A stretch of DNA of 64,000 nucleotides from Alphaproteobacteria bacterium (lineage in GTDB: Bacteria; Pseudomonadota; Alphaproteobacteria; UBA828): contig CAXXVO010000008.1 in assembly GCA_963422645.2 (NCBI GenBank), positions 160,001-224,000 of the forward strand, written 5' to 3'. The position numbers and the translations under genes are program-made. Position 1 is the stretch's first letter, and each line of letters begins with the position of its first letter. Under the pieces are notes generated by a model that was not told the origin of the DNA, made no database searches, and saw only the letters and a program-made list of their open reading frames with translations. Positions 38,161 to 50,696 of the stretch are shown here, piece by piece.

Positions 38161-38598
38161 GTGGCTCTCTTTACTTACACGTTCGTCAACAAGGTGGATC
38201 GGAAGGGACGGGTCTCCGTCCCCGCCTCCTTCCGCAACGAGCTCGCTCGGCAATCCTTCAACGGGGTTGCGGTCTACCCCTCGATCGATGGCAGCAAGTC
38301 CCTGACCGGTTGCGAGGAAGAAGTCCTCAGGCAGTGGAGCGACAACTACCGGGCGGACGATCCCTTCGACACCCTTTCCACCAAGAAGCGAATGAGGCTC
38401 TTCTCTTCCGTCCAGCGTCTCCCCCTGGACGCCGACGGTCGGGTGCTGCTGCCGGCCGAGCTGCTTGCCCATGCGGGGATCACCACCCATGCCGCATTCG
38501 TCGGCATGGGCCACGAGTTCCAGATCTGGGACCCCGCGACCTTCGAGGCAGCCGGGGACGCGGAGGAGCAATCCGCCGAGCCGGGGGGCGATCAATGA
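38161..38598 (+). CDS. mraZ: Transcriptional repressor MraZ
   Basis: NKVDRKGRVSVPASFR, LDADGRVLLP, FVGMGHEFQIW; RBS AAGGAG, GTG start. Confidence 0.93.
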   Translation: MALFTYTFVNKVDRKGRVSVPASFRNELARQSFNGVAVYPSIDGSKSLTGCEEEVLRQWSDNYRADDPFDTLSTKKRMRLFSSVQRLPLDADGRVLLPAELLAHAGITTHAAFVGMGHEFQIWDPATFEAAGDAEEQSAEPGGDQ

Positions 38599-39593
38599 GC
38601 GTTTCGCCGGAAAGCGAGCGGCGGACCATCTCGCCCGGGCACGTCCCGGTCATGACGGAGACGATGCTCTCGCTCATCGCGCCCAAGGACGGCGGCGTCT
38701 ATGTCGACGGCACCTTCGGCGGCGGCGGCTACAGCCGGGCCCTGCTGGAGGCGGCCTCCTGCACGGTCTACGGGATCGACCGCGACGCCGACGCGCTCAG
38801 CGCAGGCCAAGCGCTTTCGGTGCGCTTCGACGGCAGGCTGATCCTGCTCCATGGCCGCTTCTCCGAGATGGCAACCCTGCTCGCGCCCCATCAGGTGAGC
38901 GCCGTGGATGGCATCGCCCTCGATCTCGGCTTCTCCTCGCTTCAGCTCGACGACGGCGCGCGGGGCTTCTCGTTCCGGCTCGACGGGCCGCTCGATATGA
39001 AGATGGATCAGAGCGATCCGGGGCCGACGGCGGCCGACCTGGTCAACAATGAGTCTGAGGCCGAACTGGCTGCCATCATCGCGGGCTTCGGCGAGGAGCG
39101 TCGGGCGCGCGCGATTGCGCGGGCCATCGTCGCGGCCCGTGCGGACGGCCCGATCACCGGCACCGGCCAGCTTGCCGAGATCGTCCGGGGCACGGTGGCG
39201 CGGCGGTCGCAGGCCGGAATCGATCCGGCAACTCGCACCTTTCAGGCTCTCCGCCTCCGCGTGAACAACGAAATTTACGAGATCGAGCGGGGGCTCCGCC
39301 AGATCGAGCGGCTCCTGCGGCCCGGCGGCCGCGCCATCGTGGTGTCCTTCCACTCTCTGGAGGACCGGCCCGTGAAGCGCTTCTTCCGCGAGCGCAGCGG
39401 GGGGCGGCAGCCCAATCGCCATGAGCCGCCCGCTGCCAAGAAATCGCCCGATCCGACCTTCAGGCTGCTGACCCGCCGGGCGCGCAAGCCGGAAGGCGCG
39501 GAGGTCTCGGCAAACCCGCGTGCGCGCTCGGCACGGCTGCGGGCGGCCGAGCGCACCGGCGCACCGCCGTGGCACGAGAGGCTCGTCGCATGA
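38595..39593 (+). CDS. rsmH: 16S rRNA C1402 methyltransferase RsmH
   Basis: HVPVM, VDGTFGGGGYS, RGFSF, PATRTFQALR, SFHSLEDR, NPRARSARLR. Confidence 0.96.
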   Translation: MSVSPESERRTISPGHVPVMTETMLSLIAPKDGGVYVDGTFGGGGYSRALLEAASCTVYGIDRDADALSAGQALSVRFDGRLILLHGRFSEMATLLAPHQVSAVDGIALDLGFSSLQLDDGARGFSFRLDGPLDMKMDQSDPGPTAADLVNNESEAELAAIIAGFGEERRARAIARAIVAARADGPITGTGQLAEIVRGTVARRSQAGIDPATRTFQALRLRVNNEIYEIERGLRQIERLLRPGGRAIVVSFHSLEDRPVKRFFRERSGGRQPNRHEPPAAKKSPDPTFRLLTRRARKPEGAEVSANPRARSARLRAAERTGAPPWHERLVA

Positions 39594-39907
39594 TGCGGCA
39601 CCTGGTCCTCATATCGATCGCAGCGTTCGTCGCCGCGATGCTCGCGCTCTTTCTCGTGAAGCACGAGGTGAGGGGGCTCGAACGCGAGCTCACCGCGCTC
39701 GAGCTCGACCGCAAGCGCCATGTCGAGGCGATCCGGGTGCTCCGCTCCGAGTGGAGCTACCTGACCCGCCCGTCTCGGCTCGCAGCTTTGGCCGAGCGCA
39801 ACCTCTCGCTTGAGCAGGTGCAGGCCGCTCAGGTGCGCTGGCTGCCCGGTCGGCCCGCCGGGCCCTCCGCCCTGGTGCTGCCGATCGGCGGGGAGCTCGA
39901 GCAGTGA
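39590..39907 (+). CDS. ftsL: Cell division protein FtsL
   Basis: TM helix, coiled coil, LRSEWSYLTRPSRL; between rsmH and ftsI. Confidence 0.85.
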   Translation: MMRHLVLISIAAFVAAMLALFLVKHEVRGLERELTALELDRKRHVEAIRVLRSEWSYLTRPSRLAALAERNLSLEQVQAAQVRWLPGRPAGPSALVLPIGGELEQ

Positions 39908-41643
39908 GAGACCTGGCCATAGGGCGCTGGTGGCGCCGCGATCGGGCGCAGGCTGCGGGTACCGCTTCCGAGCCGGCGCCTTCCACGCGTCTGGAGCGTG
40001 CGCGAATCCGCCTGCTGGCTACCGGCATGATCCTTGCTGTCTGTTTCGGCGCTGTGGTGTTGCGCACCCTTGACGTGGCGGTGATCGGCGCTCCTGCCGG
40101 CATCGGCGCCGCCGGCAGCGTCACCGTCCTCGAGCCTGCCGCGCGGGCCGACATCGTGGACCGCAATGGCGTGCTCCTCGCCTCCAACCTGCCCACCCAT
40201 ACGCTCTACGTCGAGCCGGACAAGATCTTCGATCGCGCGGAAGCGGTCGCCGCGCTGGGACGCGTGTTCCCCGATCTCGACCTGGAGCGCGCGGCCGCCC
40301 TCATCGCGTCTGGCAAAAAGACCGCCCTGCTGCGACACAACCTCACGCCGGAGCAGGCCGACGCCATCAACCGGCTCGGCATCCCCGGCCTGTGGCTTGA
40401 GCGCCAGGAGCAGCGCTTCTATCCGCAAGGTCGTCTCTTCGCCCACGCGATCGGGTTCACGGACGTGGACAACCGCGGGCTCGCCGGCGTGGAGAAGGCG
40501 GCCGACGACGAGCTGCGCCGGCGCGCCCGGGACCGCAGCGGACCGCTCGCGCTCTCCCTCGATATCCGGGTGCAGCACGTTCTCGCCCAGGCGCTTCAGG
40601 ACACCATGACCGTCCATCAGGCGCTCGGCGCCGCCGGCATGGTGATGGATGTGGAGACCGGCGAGCTGCTGGCCCTGGTCAGCCTGCCCTCGTTCAATCC
40701 CAAGGCGCCGGATCGCAGCGCGTCGGAAGCTCGCTTCAACCGCGCCACGCTCGGCACCTACGAGCTCGGCTCCACCTTCAAGCCCTTCACCGTGGCCATG
40801 TCCCTCGACCTCGGCATCGCCGGCATCGAGGACAGCTACGACGCCACCGAGCCGATCAGGGTCTCGCGCTATCTGATCCGCGACCACCATCCCGAGAACC
40901 GCTGGCTCACGGTGCCGGAGATCCTCATCCATTCCTCCAACATCGGCGCGGCGCGGATGGCGATGGAGGTAGGCGCGGAGCGTCAGCGGGCCTTCCTCGA
41001 CTCGCTCGGCATGTTCGAGCGGATGCCGCTTGAGACGTCCGAGCGCGGCCGGCCCCTCGCGCCCCGGCGCTGGTCCAAGCACACCACGATGACGGTGAGC
41101 TACGGTCACGGGCTCGCGGTGACGCCGCTGCACGTGATCGCGAACTACGCCGCGCTGGTGAACGGCGGCGTCACGGTGACGCCCACGCTTCTGAAGCGCG
41201 AGCCTGACGAGCCGCTGGTGCAGCGGCGGGTCATCAGCGCCGAGACCTCCGCCGTCATGCGGATGCTGCTCTACGCTGTGGTGGCCGAGGGCACCGGCAA
41301 GAACGCGGCGGTTCCCGGCTATCTGGTGGGCGGCAAGACCGGCACCGCCGAGAAGGCCATCGGCGGCAAGTACAAGCACGACGGCATGATCACCAACTTC
41401 GTCGGCGTCTTCCCCATCGACCGGCCCCGCTACGCGGTGCTGACGATGATGGACGAGCCCAAGGGGACCAAGGAGACCTTCGGCTTCGCGACGGCGGGCT
41501 GGACCGCAGCGCCGGTAGCCGGCGCGGTGATCGAACGCATTGCGCCACTTCTCGGCGTGCCGGCCATCATTGAGCCCGATGAGACCGAAGGGGAGCCCGC
41601 GTTCGCCCGTTGGGACGGCGGAGAACGTCATGCGTCTTTCTAG
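39904..41643 (+). CDS. ftsI: Penicillin-binding protein 3 (FtsI)
   Basis: RADIVDRNG, GSTFK, SSN, KTGT. Confidence 0.95.
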   Translation: MRDLAIGRWWRRDRAQAAGTASEPAPSTRLERARIRLLATGMILAVCFGAVVLRTLDVAVIGAPAGIGAAGSVTVLEPAARADIVDRNGVLLASNLPTHTLYVEPDKIFDRAEAVAALGRVFPDLDLERAAALIASGKKTALLRHNLTPEQADAINRLGIPGLWLERQEQRFYPQGRLFAHAIGFTDVDNRGLAGVEKAADDELRRRARDRSGPLALSLDIRVQHVLAQALQDTMTVHQALGAAGMVMDVETGELLALVSLPSFNPKAPDRSASEARFNRATLGTYELGSTFKPFTVAMSLDLGIAGIEDSYDATEPIRVSRYLIRDHHPENRWLTVPEILIHSSNIGAARMAMEVGAERQRAFLDSLGMFERMPLETSERGRPLAPRRWSKHTTMTVSYGHGLAVTPLHVIANYAALVNGGVTVTPTLLKREPDEPLVQRRVISAETSAVMRMLLYAVVAEGTGKNAAVPGYLVGGKTGTAEKAIGGKYKHDGMITNFVGVFPIDRPRYAVLTMMDEPKGTKETFGFATAGWTAAPVAGAVIERIAPLLGVPAIIEPDETEGEPAFARWDGGERHASF

Positions 41644-44488
41644 CCTGATCCCTCAAGCCGCGCCGGACGTGGAGATCACGGGGCTCGCTTCGGATTCGCG
41701 CGATGTGCGCCCCGGCTACCTGTTTGCGGCGCTGGCCGGCACGCGTGCCACGGGCGTCGACTTCATTCCCGATGCCCTGGCGCGCGGTGCGGCTGCCGTG
41801 CTTGCGCCCGAGGGAACCGACCACGCCCTCGCGGAGGGGGTCAGCCTGGTGACCGACCCCAACCCGCGTCTCCGGCTCGCGGTCGCGGCCGCCCGCTACC
41901 ACGGTCCGCAACCGGAAGTCGTGGTTTGCGTCACCGGCACCAACGGCAAGACCTCGGTGGCGGACTTCACCCGCCAGATCTGGCGGGCCTCGGGCCGCAA
42001 GGCTGCCTCCCTCGGCACCCTGGGCGTCAACGCGGATGGCGCGTGGCGCCCCCTTCTACACACGACGCCCGATCCGATTGCGCTGCATCGCGTGCTCGCC
42101 GAGCTCGCGGAAGACGGCATCGACCACTTGGCGCTGGAAGCCTCGAGCCACGGGCTCGCGCAGTATCGCTTGGACGGGGTGCGCGTCGCGGCGGCGGCGT
42201 TCACCAACGTCACCCGCGACCACATGGACTACCACCCGGACGCCGACGCCTACTTCGAAGCCAAGGCGGGCCTCTTCGAGCGGGTCATGGCGGCGGATGG
42301 AACCGCCGTGCTCAACGTCGACGACGAGCGCGTGGCAGGACTCGCGGCGCGTTGCCGGGCGCGCGGGCAGAAAGTGCTCACCTTCGGCACCGGCGACGCG
42401 GACATTCATCTCCTGGCACGGCAGGATACCAAGCAAGGCCAGCGCCTCAGCATCGCCGCCGCCGGCGCGGTGCACGAGGTCGCGCTGCCGCTCCCCGGCG
42501 CATTCCAGGCACTGAACGCGCTGGCCGCTCTCGGCCTCGCAATGGCGACGGGTGTGGAGGCGGCGGACGCGATCCGAGCGCTTCATGGCGTGGAAGGCGT
42601 GCCGGGCCGGCTGCAACGGGTGGCGGGCCATCCGGCCGGCGCCGCCGTCTTCGTGGACTACGCACACACGCCCGACGCTCTGGCCACGGCCCTGCGTTCC
42701 GTGCGTCCGCTCATACCCGGCACGCTGGTGGTGGTCTTCGGCTGCGGCGGCGAGCGGGACATCGGCAAGCGACGCGAGATGGGCGAGATCGCGGCGAAGC
42801 TCGCGGACCGGGTCGTTGTCACCGACGATAACCCCCGCCGCGAGGAACCGGCCTCGATTCGCCAGGCCATTCTCGACGCCTGCCCCGGTGCCGAGGAGAT
42901 CGGCGACAGGGCGCGGGCCATTCGCACCGCCATCGAGGGGCTGGGCGCGGACGACGGTCTGCTCATCGCCGGCAAGGGCCATGAGCGGGAGCAAGTGGTG
43001 GGCGATCGCACGATCGCGTTCGACGATGTCGGCGTGGCCCGGAGCGCGGTGGCCGGCATGATCAGGCCTGCTCACAAGGTCCCGCTGTGGACCTCGGCGG
43101 AGGCCGTTGCGGCAACGGGCGGTAAGGCGCCCGAGGCCTGGAGCGCGACCGGCGTCTCCATCGATAGCCGCAGCGTCGAGGCGGGCGATCTGTTCGTGGC
43201 CCTCGCGGGCCCAAACCACGACGGCCACGACTACGTGCAGGCGGCGTTCGACCGCGCGGCGGCGGCGGCGATGGTGAGCCGGCAGCCCGAAGCGCAACCC
43301 GAGGGCGCGCCGTTCCTGCTGGTGGTCGATACTTACGACGGCCTGCGTACCCTCGCCGCCCGTGCCCGCGAGCGGAGCGCGGCCCACGTCGTTGCGATCA
43401 CCGGCAGCGTGGGCAAGACCGGGACCAAGGAGCTGCTCGCCGGCGCGCTCGCAGGCTGCGGCACCACGCTCGCGAGCGCAGGCAATCTCAACAACCACAT
43501 CGGCGCCCCGCTCAGCCTCGCCCGCCTGCCGCAGAGCACCGACTACGGCGTGTTCGAGCTCGGGATGAACCATCCCGGCGAGATCGCCCCGCTCTCGCAA
43601 CTGGTCCGCCCGCACACTGCGCTGATCACCACGATCGCGGCGGTGCACACCGAATTTTTCTCAGACCTCGACGCCGTCGCCGACGCGAAGGCCGAAATCT
43701 TCGAGGGTCTCGAGCCCGGCGGCACGGCCGTGCTCTACCGGGACAACGCCTATTTCGACCGCCTCGCTGCCGCCGCGCGGAGCGCTGGCGCAGGCCGGAT
43801 CGTCTCGTTTGGCGAGAGTGCGCAAGCCGATGCCCGGCTCCTCGCATGGCAGCCGGCTGCCTCAGGCGGCACCGTGACCGCCCTAATCGACGGCGCCGAG
43901 ATCGACTACGAAATCGCCTTTTCCGGCAGACACTGGGCGCTGAACAGTGTAGCTGTGCTGGCCTGCGCCCATGCGGCCGGCGCACCGGTGGAGCAGGCCG
44001 CCGGCTCGCTTCGGACCGTCTCCCCCGTTGCGGGCCGCGGCGTGCGCCACCGGGTCCCGCTGGCAGACGGCGCCTACGAGCTGATCGACGAGAGCTACAA
44101 CGCGAGCCCCGCCGCCGTCCGCGCCGCAATCGCGACGCTGGCCGAGGCCGCACCGCCGGCGAGCGGTGGCCGGCGGATCGCCGTCCTCGGCGACATGCTG
44201 GAGCTCGGCGGGGATGCGCCGCGCTGGCACGCCGATCTCGCCGGCGATCTCGAAGCCGCCGAAATCGATCTCGTCTACACCGCGGGCTCGCTAATGGCCC
44301 ACCTTCACAAAGCCCTCGACCCCGCGCAGCGCGGCAGCCACGCGCCGGATGCGGAAAGCCTGACCGACATCCTGCAAGCGGAGATCCGCGCCGGCGATGT
44401 CGTGCTGGTCAAGGGCTCGCTCGGCAGTCGCATGGGGCCGATCGTGCGGCGTCTCCTTGCCGACGCGCCGGCCGCTCACCGGCCATGA
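41630..44488 (+). CDS. murE/murF: Fused MurE-MurF ligase (952 aa)
   Basis: MurE: VTGTNGKTS, EASSHGL, VDYAHTPD, DDNPR, AGKGHE. In-frame MurF from M at 43058: SIDSR, ITGSVGKT, ELGMNHPGEI, DESYNASP, VKGS. Confidence 0.93.
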   Translation: MRLSSLIPQAAPDVEITGLASDSRDVRPGYLFAALAGTRATGVDFIPDALARGAAAVLAPEGTDHALAEGVSLVTDPNPRLRLAVAAARYHGPQPEVVVCVTGTNGKTSVADFTRQIWRASGRKAASLGTLGVNADGAWRPLLHTTPDPIALHRVLAELAEDGIDHLALEASSHGLAQYRLDGVRVAAAAFTNVTRDHMDYHPDADAYFEAKAGLFERVMAADGTAVLNVDDERVAGLAARCRARGQKVLTFGTGDADIHLLARQDTKQGQRLSIAAAGAVHEVALPLPGAFQALNALAALGLAMATGVEAADAIRALHGVEGVPGRLQRVAGHPAGAAVFVDYAHTPDALATALRSVRPLIPGTLVVVFGCGGERDIGKRREMGEIAAKLADRVVVTDDNPRREEPASIRQAILDACPGAEEIGDRARAIRTAIEGLGADDGLLIAGKGHEREQVVGDRTIAFDDVGVARSAVAGMIRPAHKVPLWTSAEAVAATGGKAPEAWSATGVSIDSRSVEAGDLFVALAGPNHDGHDYVQAAFDRAAAAAMVSRQPEAQPEGAPFLLVVDTYDGLRTLAARARERSAAHVVAITGSVGKTGTKELLAGALAGCGTTLASAGNLNNHIGAPLSLARLPQSTDYGVFELGMNHPGEIAPLSQLVRPHTALITTIAAVHTEFFSDLDAVADAKAEIFEGLEPGGTAVLYRDNAYFDRLAAAARSAGAGRIVSFGESAQADARLLAWQPAASGGTVTALIDGAEIDYEIAFSGRHWALNSVAVLACAHAAGAPVEQAAGSLRTVSPVAGRGVRHRVPLADGAYELIDESYNASPAAVRAAIATLAEAAPPASGGRRIAVLGDMLELGGDAPRWHADLAGDLEAAEIDLVYTAGSLMAHLHKALDPAQRGSHAPDAESLTDILQAEIRAGDVVLVKGSLGSRMGPIVRRLLADAPAAHRP

Positions 44489-44509
44489 GCAGGAAAGGCG
44501 CGCCGAGCG

Positions 44510-45595
44510 ATGTTCTTCAACCTGCTCTATCCGCTCTCGGACTCGATCGGCATCTTCAACGTCTTCCAGTATCTGACCTTCCGTACCGGTGCGGCAGTGC
44601 TCACGGCACTGCTGATCAGCTTCGTCTTCGGTCCGCCGCTGATCCGCCTGCTGCGGGCGCGTCAGGAGCACGGCCAGCCGATCCGCAGCGACGTGCCGGA
44701 GAGCCACGCGGCCAAGGCGGGGACGCCGACCATGGGCGGGGTGATCATTCTCCTCGCCGTCACGGTCTCGACGCTGCTCTGGGCCGACATGACCAACCCG
44801 CTCATCTGGGCGCTGCTGGTGGTCACGATCGGCTTCGGCGCCATCGGCTTCACCGACGATGCGATGAAGCTGCTGAACCGCAGCCACCGCGGCCTGAACA
44901 TCCGCATCAAGGTCGCGGCCGAGCTGGTGCTCGCGGTAGGGGGCGTCTTCTGGGTCACGATGATCCTGGAGGCACCGCTCGATCACGGCCTGGCACTGCC
45001 CTTCGTCAAGTCGGTCCTGCTCGACATCGGCTGGTTTACGGTGCCCTTCGCCGCCTTCGTGGTCATCGGCTCGTCCAATGCCGTCAACCTGACCGACGGC
45101 CTCGACGGTCTCGCGATCGTGCCGATCATGATTGCCGCCGCGTGCTTTGCGCTGATTGCCTATGTGGTGGGCAACACCGTGTTCACCGAGTACCTCCAGG
45201 TCCACCACGTTCCCGGCACCGGCGAGCTCTCTGTCTTCTGCGGCGCTCTGGTCGGCGCGGGACTGGGCTTCCTCTGGTTCAACGCGCCGCCGGCGATGGT
45301 CTTCATGGGCGACACCGGCTCGCTCTCCACCGGCGCGGCGCTCGGCCTCATCGCGGTTATGACCAAGCACGAGATCGTGCTCGCCATCGTGGGCGGCCTC
45401 TTCGTGCTCGAAGCGGTCTCGGTGATCGTGCAGGTCGCCTCGTTCAAGCTCCTGGGGCGGCGGGTCTTCGCCATGGCGCCGCTGCACCATCACTTCGAGC
45501 AGAAGGGGGTTGCCGAGCCCACCATCGTCATCCGCTTCTGGGTGATCGCCGTGATCCTTGCCCTGATCGGGCTCTCGACGCTGAAGCTGAGGTGA
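44510..45595 (+). CDS. mraY: Phospho-N-acetylmuramoyl-pentapeptide transferase MraY
   Basis: [38 protein letters not shown]. Confidence 0.97.
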   Translation: MFFNLLYPLSDSIGIFNVFQYLTFRTGAAVLTALLISFVFGPPLIRLLRARQEHGQPIRSDVPESHAAKAGTPTMGGVIILLAVTVSTLLWADMTNPLIWALLVVTIGFGAIGFTDDAMKLLNRSHRGLNIRIKVAAELVLAVGGVFWVTMILEAPLDHGLALPFVKSVLLDIGWFTVPFAAFVVIGSSNAVNLTDGLDGLAIVPIMIAAACFALIAYVVGNTVFTEYLQVHHVPGTGELSVFCGALVGAGLGFLWFNAPPAMVFMGDTGSLSTGAALGLIAVMTKHEIVLAIVGGLFVLEAVSVIVQVASFKLLGRRVFAMAPLHHHFEQKGVAEPTIVIRFWVIAVILALIGLSTLKLR

Positions 45596-45599
45596 GCCT

Positions 45600-46979
45600 G
45601 TGATCCGGGTCCCCCTCTATCGCAACCGCACCGTGGCCGTGCTGGGGCTCGCGCGCTCCGGCCTCGCCGCGGCGCGGGCGCTCAGCGCCGGCGGTGCCCG
45701 CGTGCTCTGCTGGGACGATTCGCCGGAAGCGCGGACAGCGGCACGCGAACAGGGCTTCGAAGTCCGCCCCACCGGGCCCGAGGACGGGATCGCCGCCCTG
45801 GTGCCGAGCCCCGGCGTTCCGCTCTCGCATCCGATGATCGTTGCCGCGCATGACGCCGGTATCGAGGTCGCGGGCGATATCGAGCTCCTGTGGCGCGTGC
45901 TGCCGGAGCCCCGCTACATCGCCGTCACCGGCACCAACGGCAAGTCGACGACCACCGCGCTCATCGGTCACCTGCTGCATTCGGCCGGCGCCCGTCACAT
46001 CCGCGTCGGCGGCAATCTGGGAACGCCGGTACTCGATCTGACGCCGGTGCCGGGCGAGGGGACCATCGTTCTCGAGCTCTCCTCCTACCAGCTCGATCTG
46101 ACCGTCGAGGCGACCTTCGACATTGCCGTGCTCCTGAACGTGGCCCCGGATCATCTCGATCGCCACGGGACCATGGCGGCCTACGTCGACGCGAAGCGCC
46201 AGGTCTTCCGCCCGGGCCGGCTCCAAACCGCTGTCGTCGGCATCGACGATCCGATCTCGCGGGATGTGCGCGACGTGCTCGGGGCGCGTGACCAGCTTCA
46301 GGTGGTGCCGGTGACCGTGGAGGGGACGTCGCGCGAAGGCGTCTTCGTCATGGATGGACTCCTCCACGAAGACGGCGAGCCGGTCTGTGATCTGTCGAAG
46401 GCGGCAGCGCTGCCGGGCGAGCATAACTGGCAGAACGCGGCGGCGGCCTATGCGGCGGCGCGGGCTTGCGGGCTCTCGCCCGAGCGGCTGGTGCCGGCCC
46501 TCCTCGACTTCCCCGGCCTGCCGCACCGCATGGAGACGATCGGCAGCGTCAGCGGCATCCCGGTCGTCAACGACAGCAAGGCCACCAACGCCGAGGCGGC
46601 GGCGCGGGCGATCGCCTGCTACGAGAACGTCTACTGGATCGCCGGCGGACGGCCCAAGGAGGGCGGGATCGATGCCATGGCGTCCGTCTTCCCGCGCATC
46701 GCCCACGCCTTCCTCATCGGCGAGGCGGAAGAGTCCTTTGCCGCCACTCTGGAGGGGCAGCTGCCGGTGACCCGCTGCGGCACGCTCGACCGTGCGGTGG
46801 CGGCCGCGCTCAACGCCGCGTGCAGCAACGGGCGCAAGGGCACCGTGGTGCTGTTCTCGCCGGCCTGCGCATCGTTCGACCAATTCAGCGATTTCGAGCA
46901 GCGCGGCGATCGCTTCCGCGCGCTGGTGCCCGTGGAAGAGGGCGCCACCAAGGGGGAGGCCACGCCGTGCATTCGGTGA
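45600..46979 (+). CDS. murD: UDP-MurNAc-L-Ala-D-Glu ligase MurD
   Basis: GLARSG, VTGTNGKSTT, ELSSYQL, DHLDRH, NDSKATN, SPACASFDQF. Confidence 0.96.
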   Translation: MIRVPLYRNRTVAVLGLARSGLAAARALSAGGARVLCWDDSPEARTAAREQGFEVRPTGPEDGIAALVPSPGVPLSHPMIVAAHDAGIEVAGDIELLWRVLPEPRYIAVTGTNGKSTTTALIGHLLHSAGARHIRVGGNLGTPVLDLTPVPGEGTIVLELSSYQLDLTVEATFDIAVLLNVAPDHLDRHGTMAAYVDAKRQVFRPGRLQTAVVGIDDPISRDVRDVLGARDQLQVVPVTVEGTSREGVFVMDGLLHEDGEPVCDLSKAAALPGEHNWQNAAAAYAAARACGLSPERLVPALLDFPGLPHRMETIGSVSGIPVVNDSKATNAEAAARAIACYENVYWIAGGRPKEGGIDAMASVFPRIAHAFLIGEAEESFAATLEGQLPVTRCGTLDRAVAAALNAACSNGRKGTVVLFSPACASFDQFSDFEQRGDRFRALVPVEEGATKGEATPCIR

Positions 46980-48103
46980 CTCCCTTCTCCCGCACCGACA
47001 CCAGCGTGCTCGGCCGCTGGTGGTGGACCGTCGACCGCTGGATGCTGACGGCGGTGATGCTGCTCATGCTGCTGGGTGCTGCCCTGGCGCTGGCTGCGAG
47101 CCCGGCGGCGGCCGAGCGGATCGGCCTCGATTCCTTCCACTTCGCGCGGCAGCAGCTCCTCTTCCTGCCAGTGGCTCTGATCGTGATGATCGGTGTCTCG
47201 CTGCTCTCCCGCACCGGGATTCAGCGCATCGCCACGGCCGGCACCGTGCTCGGCATCGTCCTGCTCGCGTTCACGCTCATCGTCGGGCTGGAGCTGAACG
47301 GCGCGCGCCGTTGGCTGCCGCTCGGCAGCTTCAATCTGCAGCCGTCGGAGTTCGTGAAGCCCTGCCTCGCGGTTTTCATGGCCGCTGTCCTCGTGCGGCC
47401 GCGGGACGAGCAGCTGCGCTACGGCACGCTCCTCGCGTCGATCCCCGTGGTGCTCGCAGCACTTCTCCTCGTCCTGCAGCCCGACATCGGGATGGCGGTG
47501 ACGGTGGCCGCCGTCTGGTTCGTGCAGATGTTCGTGGCCGGCATGCCGTTTGTGCTTGCCGTGTTGGGCGCCACCGCCACCGCTGGCGGCCTCGTGTTCG
47601 CCTATCACAACCTGACGCACGTCAAGGCCCGCATCGACCAGTTCATCGATCCCACGATCGGCGACACCTATCAGGTCGACACTTCGCTCCGTGCCTTCGA
47701 GGCGGGTGGGCTCTTCGGCCGCGGCCCCGGCGAAGGAGTCGTCAAGAGCGTGTTGCCCGATGCCCACACCGACTTCATCTTTGCCGTTGCGGCCGAGGAA
47801 TTCGGCGTCATCGCCTGCATCGTCATCGTCGGGCTGTTCGGCTTCATCGTCTTCCGCGGCTTCGCCCGCGCCATGCGCGGCGGCGATCTGTTCTCGCTGG
47901 TCGCGGTCGCCGGCCTGCTTGCTCAGTTCGGTTTCCAGGCCCTGATCAACATGGGAGTCGCGATCCGGCTCCTGCCCGCCAAGGGGATGACCCTTCCGTT
48001 CCTGAGCTACGGCGGCTCGTCGACGATGGCGACCGCAATCGGCCTCGGAATGGTGCTCGCGCTGACCCGCGAACGGCGGAGCAATGAAGGATATGTGCTT
48101 TGA
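46967..48103 (+). CDS. ftsW: SEDS peptidoglycan glycosyltransferase FtsW
   Basis: WWWTVD, GARRW, QPSEFVK, QPDIG, PDAHTDF, PAKGMTLPFLSYGGSS. Start at GTG 46967 or 46976. Confidence 0.95.
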   Translation: MHSVTPFSRTDTSVLGRWWWTVDRWMLTAVMLLMLLGAALALAASPAAAERIGLDSFHFARQQLLFLPVALIVMIGVSLLSRTGIQRIATAGTVLGIVLLAFTLIVGLELNGARRWLPLGSFNLQPSEFVKPCLAVFMAAVLVRPRDEQLRYGTLLASIPVVLAALLLVLQPDIGMAVTVAAVWFVQMFVAGMPFVLAVLGATATAGGLVFAYHNLTHVKARIDQFIDPTIGDTYQVDTSLRAFEAGGLFGRGPGEGVVKSVLPDAHTDFIFAVAAEEFGVIACIVIVGLFGFIVFRGFARAMRGGDLFSLVAVAGLLAQFGFQALINMGVAIRLLPAKGMTLPFLSYGGSSTMATAIGLGMVLALTRERRSNEGYVL

Positions 48104-49250
48104 GAACGCCTGCGCCCAACCCTCCCATTCTCCTCGCAGCAGGCGGAACTGGCGGCCACGTGTTTCCGGCTGAAGCCCTCGCGGCTGAGCTGGAAGCACG
48201 TGGCCGTCGTCTTGTTCTCATGACGGATCGGAGGGGCGCCGCCTTCGGCGACGTACTGGGGCGCATCGAAAGACACGCCATCGCGGCCCGCAGCCCGAGC
48301 GTGCGCGGGCCCGTGGCACGCGTCATGGCCGTGCTCGGTCTCGCGCGTGCGGTCATGCAGGCGGCGCGCGTGCTGCGCCGGATTCGACCGGCCGCCGCCG
48401 TGGGCTTCGGCGGCTACCCATCGGTGCCGCCGCTGGTGGCGAGCGGACGGCTCGGCATTCCCAGCGTGCTGCACGAGCAGAACGCGGTGCTCGGCCGCGC
48501 CAACCGGATGTTGGCCCGCCGTGCATCGGCGATCGCCACGTCCTTCCCGGAAACCGAGCGCATCCCGCGCCGTCGCGCGGCTCTCGTCACCCATGTGGGC
48601 AACCCGGTGCGCGCGGCCATCGCGGCGCTGCGCGGCGCCGACTACGTCCCGCCTGCATCGGATGGTCAATTCCGCCTGCTGGTCACGGGTGGGAGCCAGG
48701 GTGCGCACATTTTCGCCGAGGTCGTGCCGGCGGCCATCGCGGCGCTGCCGCAGGCTTCGCGCGAGCGGATTGAGGTGAGCCAGCAGTGCCGCCCCGAGGA
48801 CCTCGCCGACGTCGAGCGCGCCTATACCGATGAGGGAGTCGAGGCGCGGCTTGCGCCCTTCTTCGATGATATCCCGGCGCGTCTCGGCGAATCCCACCTC
48901 GTGATCTGTCGGGCGGGCGCGTCGACCATCGCAGAGCTCGCTGCGGCGGGACGCCCGGCGATCCTGGTGCCGCTGCCCATCGCCGCCGACGACCATCAGA
49001 GCGCGAACGGGCGGGCCCTGGTTGCGGCCGGCGCGGCGATCATGATCCCGCAGCAGTCGTTCACACCGGCGGGGCTGGCCCGGGAGCTCGAATCCCTGAT
49101 GGCGGAGCCTGCGCAGCTAGCGCAGCAGGCCGCCGCCGCGGCGAGCTTCGCGCGGCCCGAAGCGGCGTGCGCGCTTGCGGATCTGATCGAGGGGCTGATC
49201 AACGGGTCGCTCCCGGGACACCCGGTGCCGGAGCGTGCGGGGGGCGCGGC

Positions 49251-49254
<4 letters not shown>
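48100..49254 (+). CDS. murG: Glycosyltransferase MurG
   Basis: [34 protein letters not shown]. Confidence 0.96.
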
Positions 49255-50692
<1,438 letters not shown>

Positions 50693-50696
<4 letters not shown>

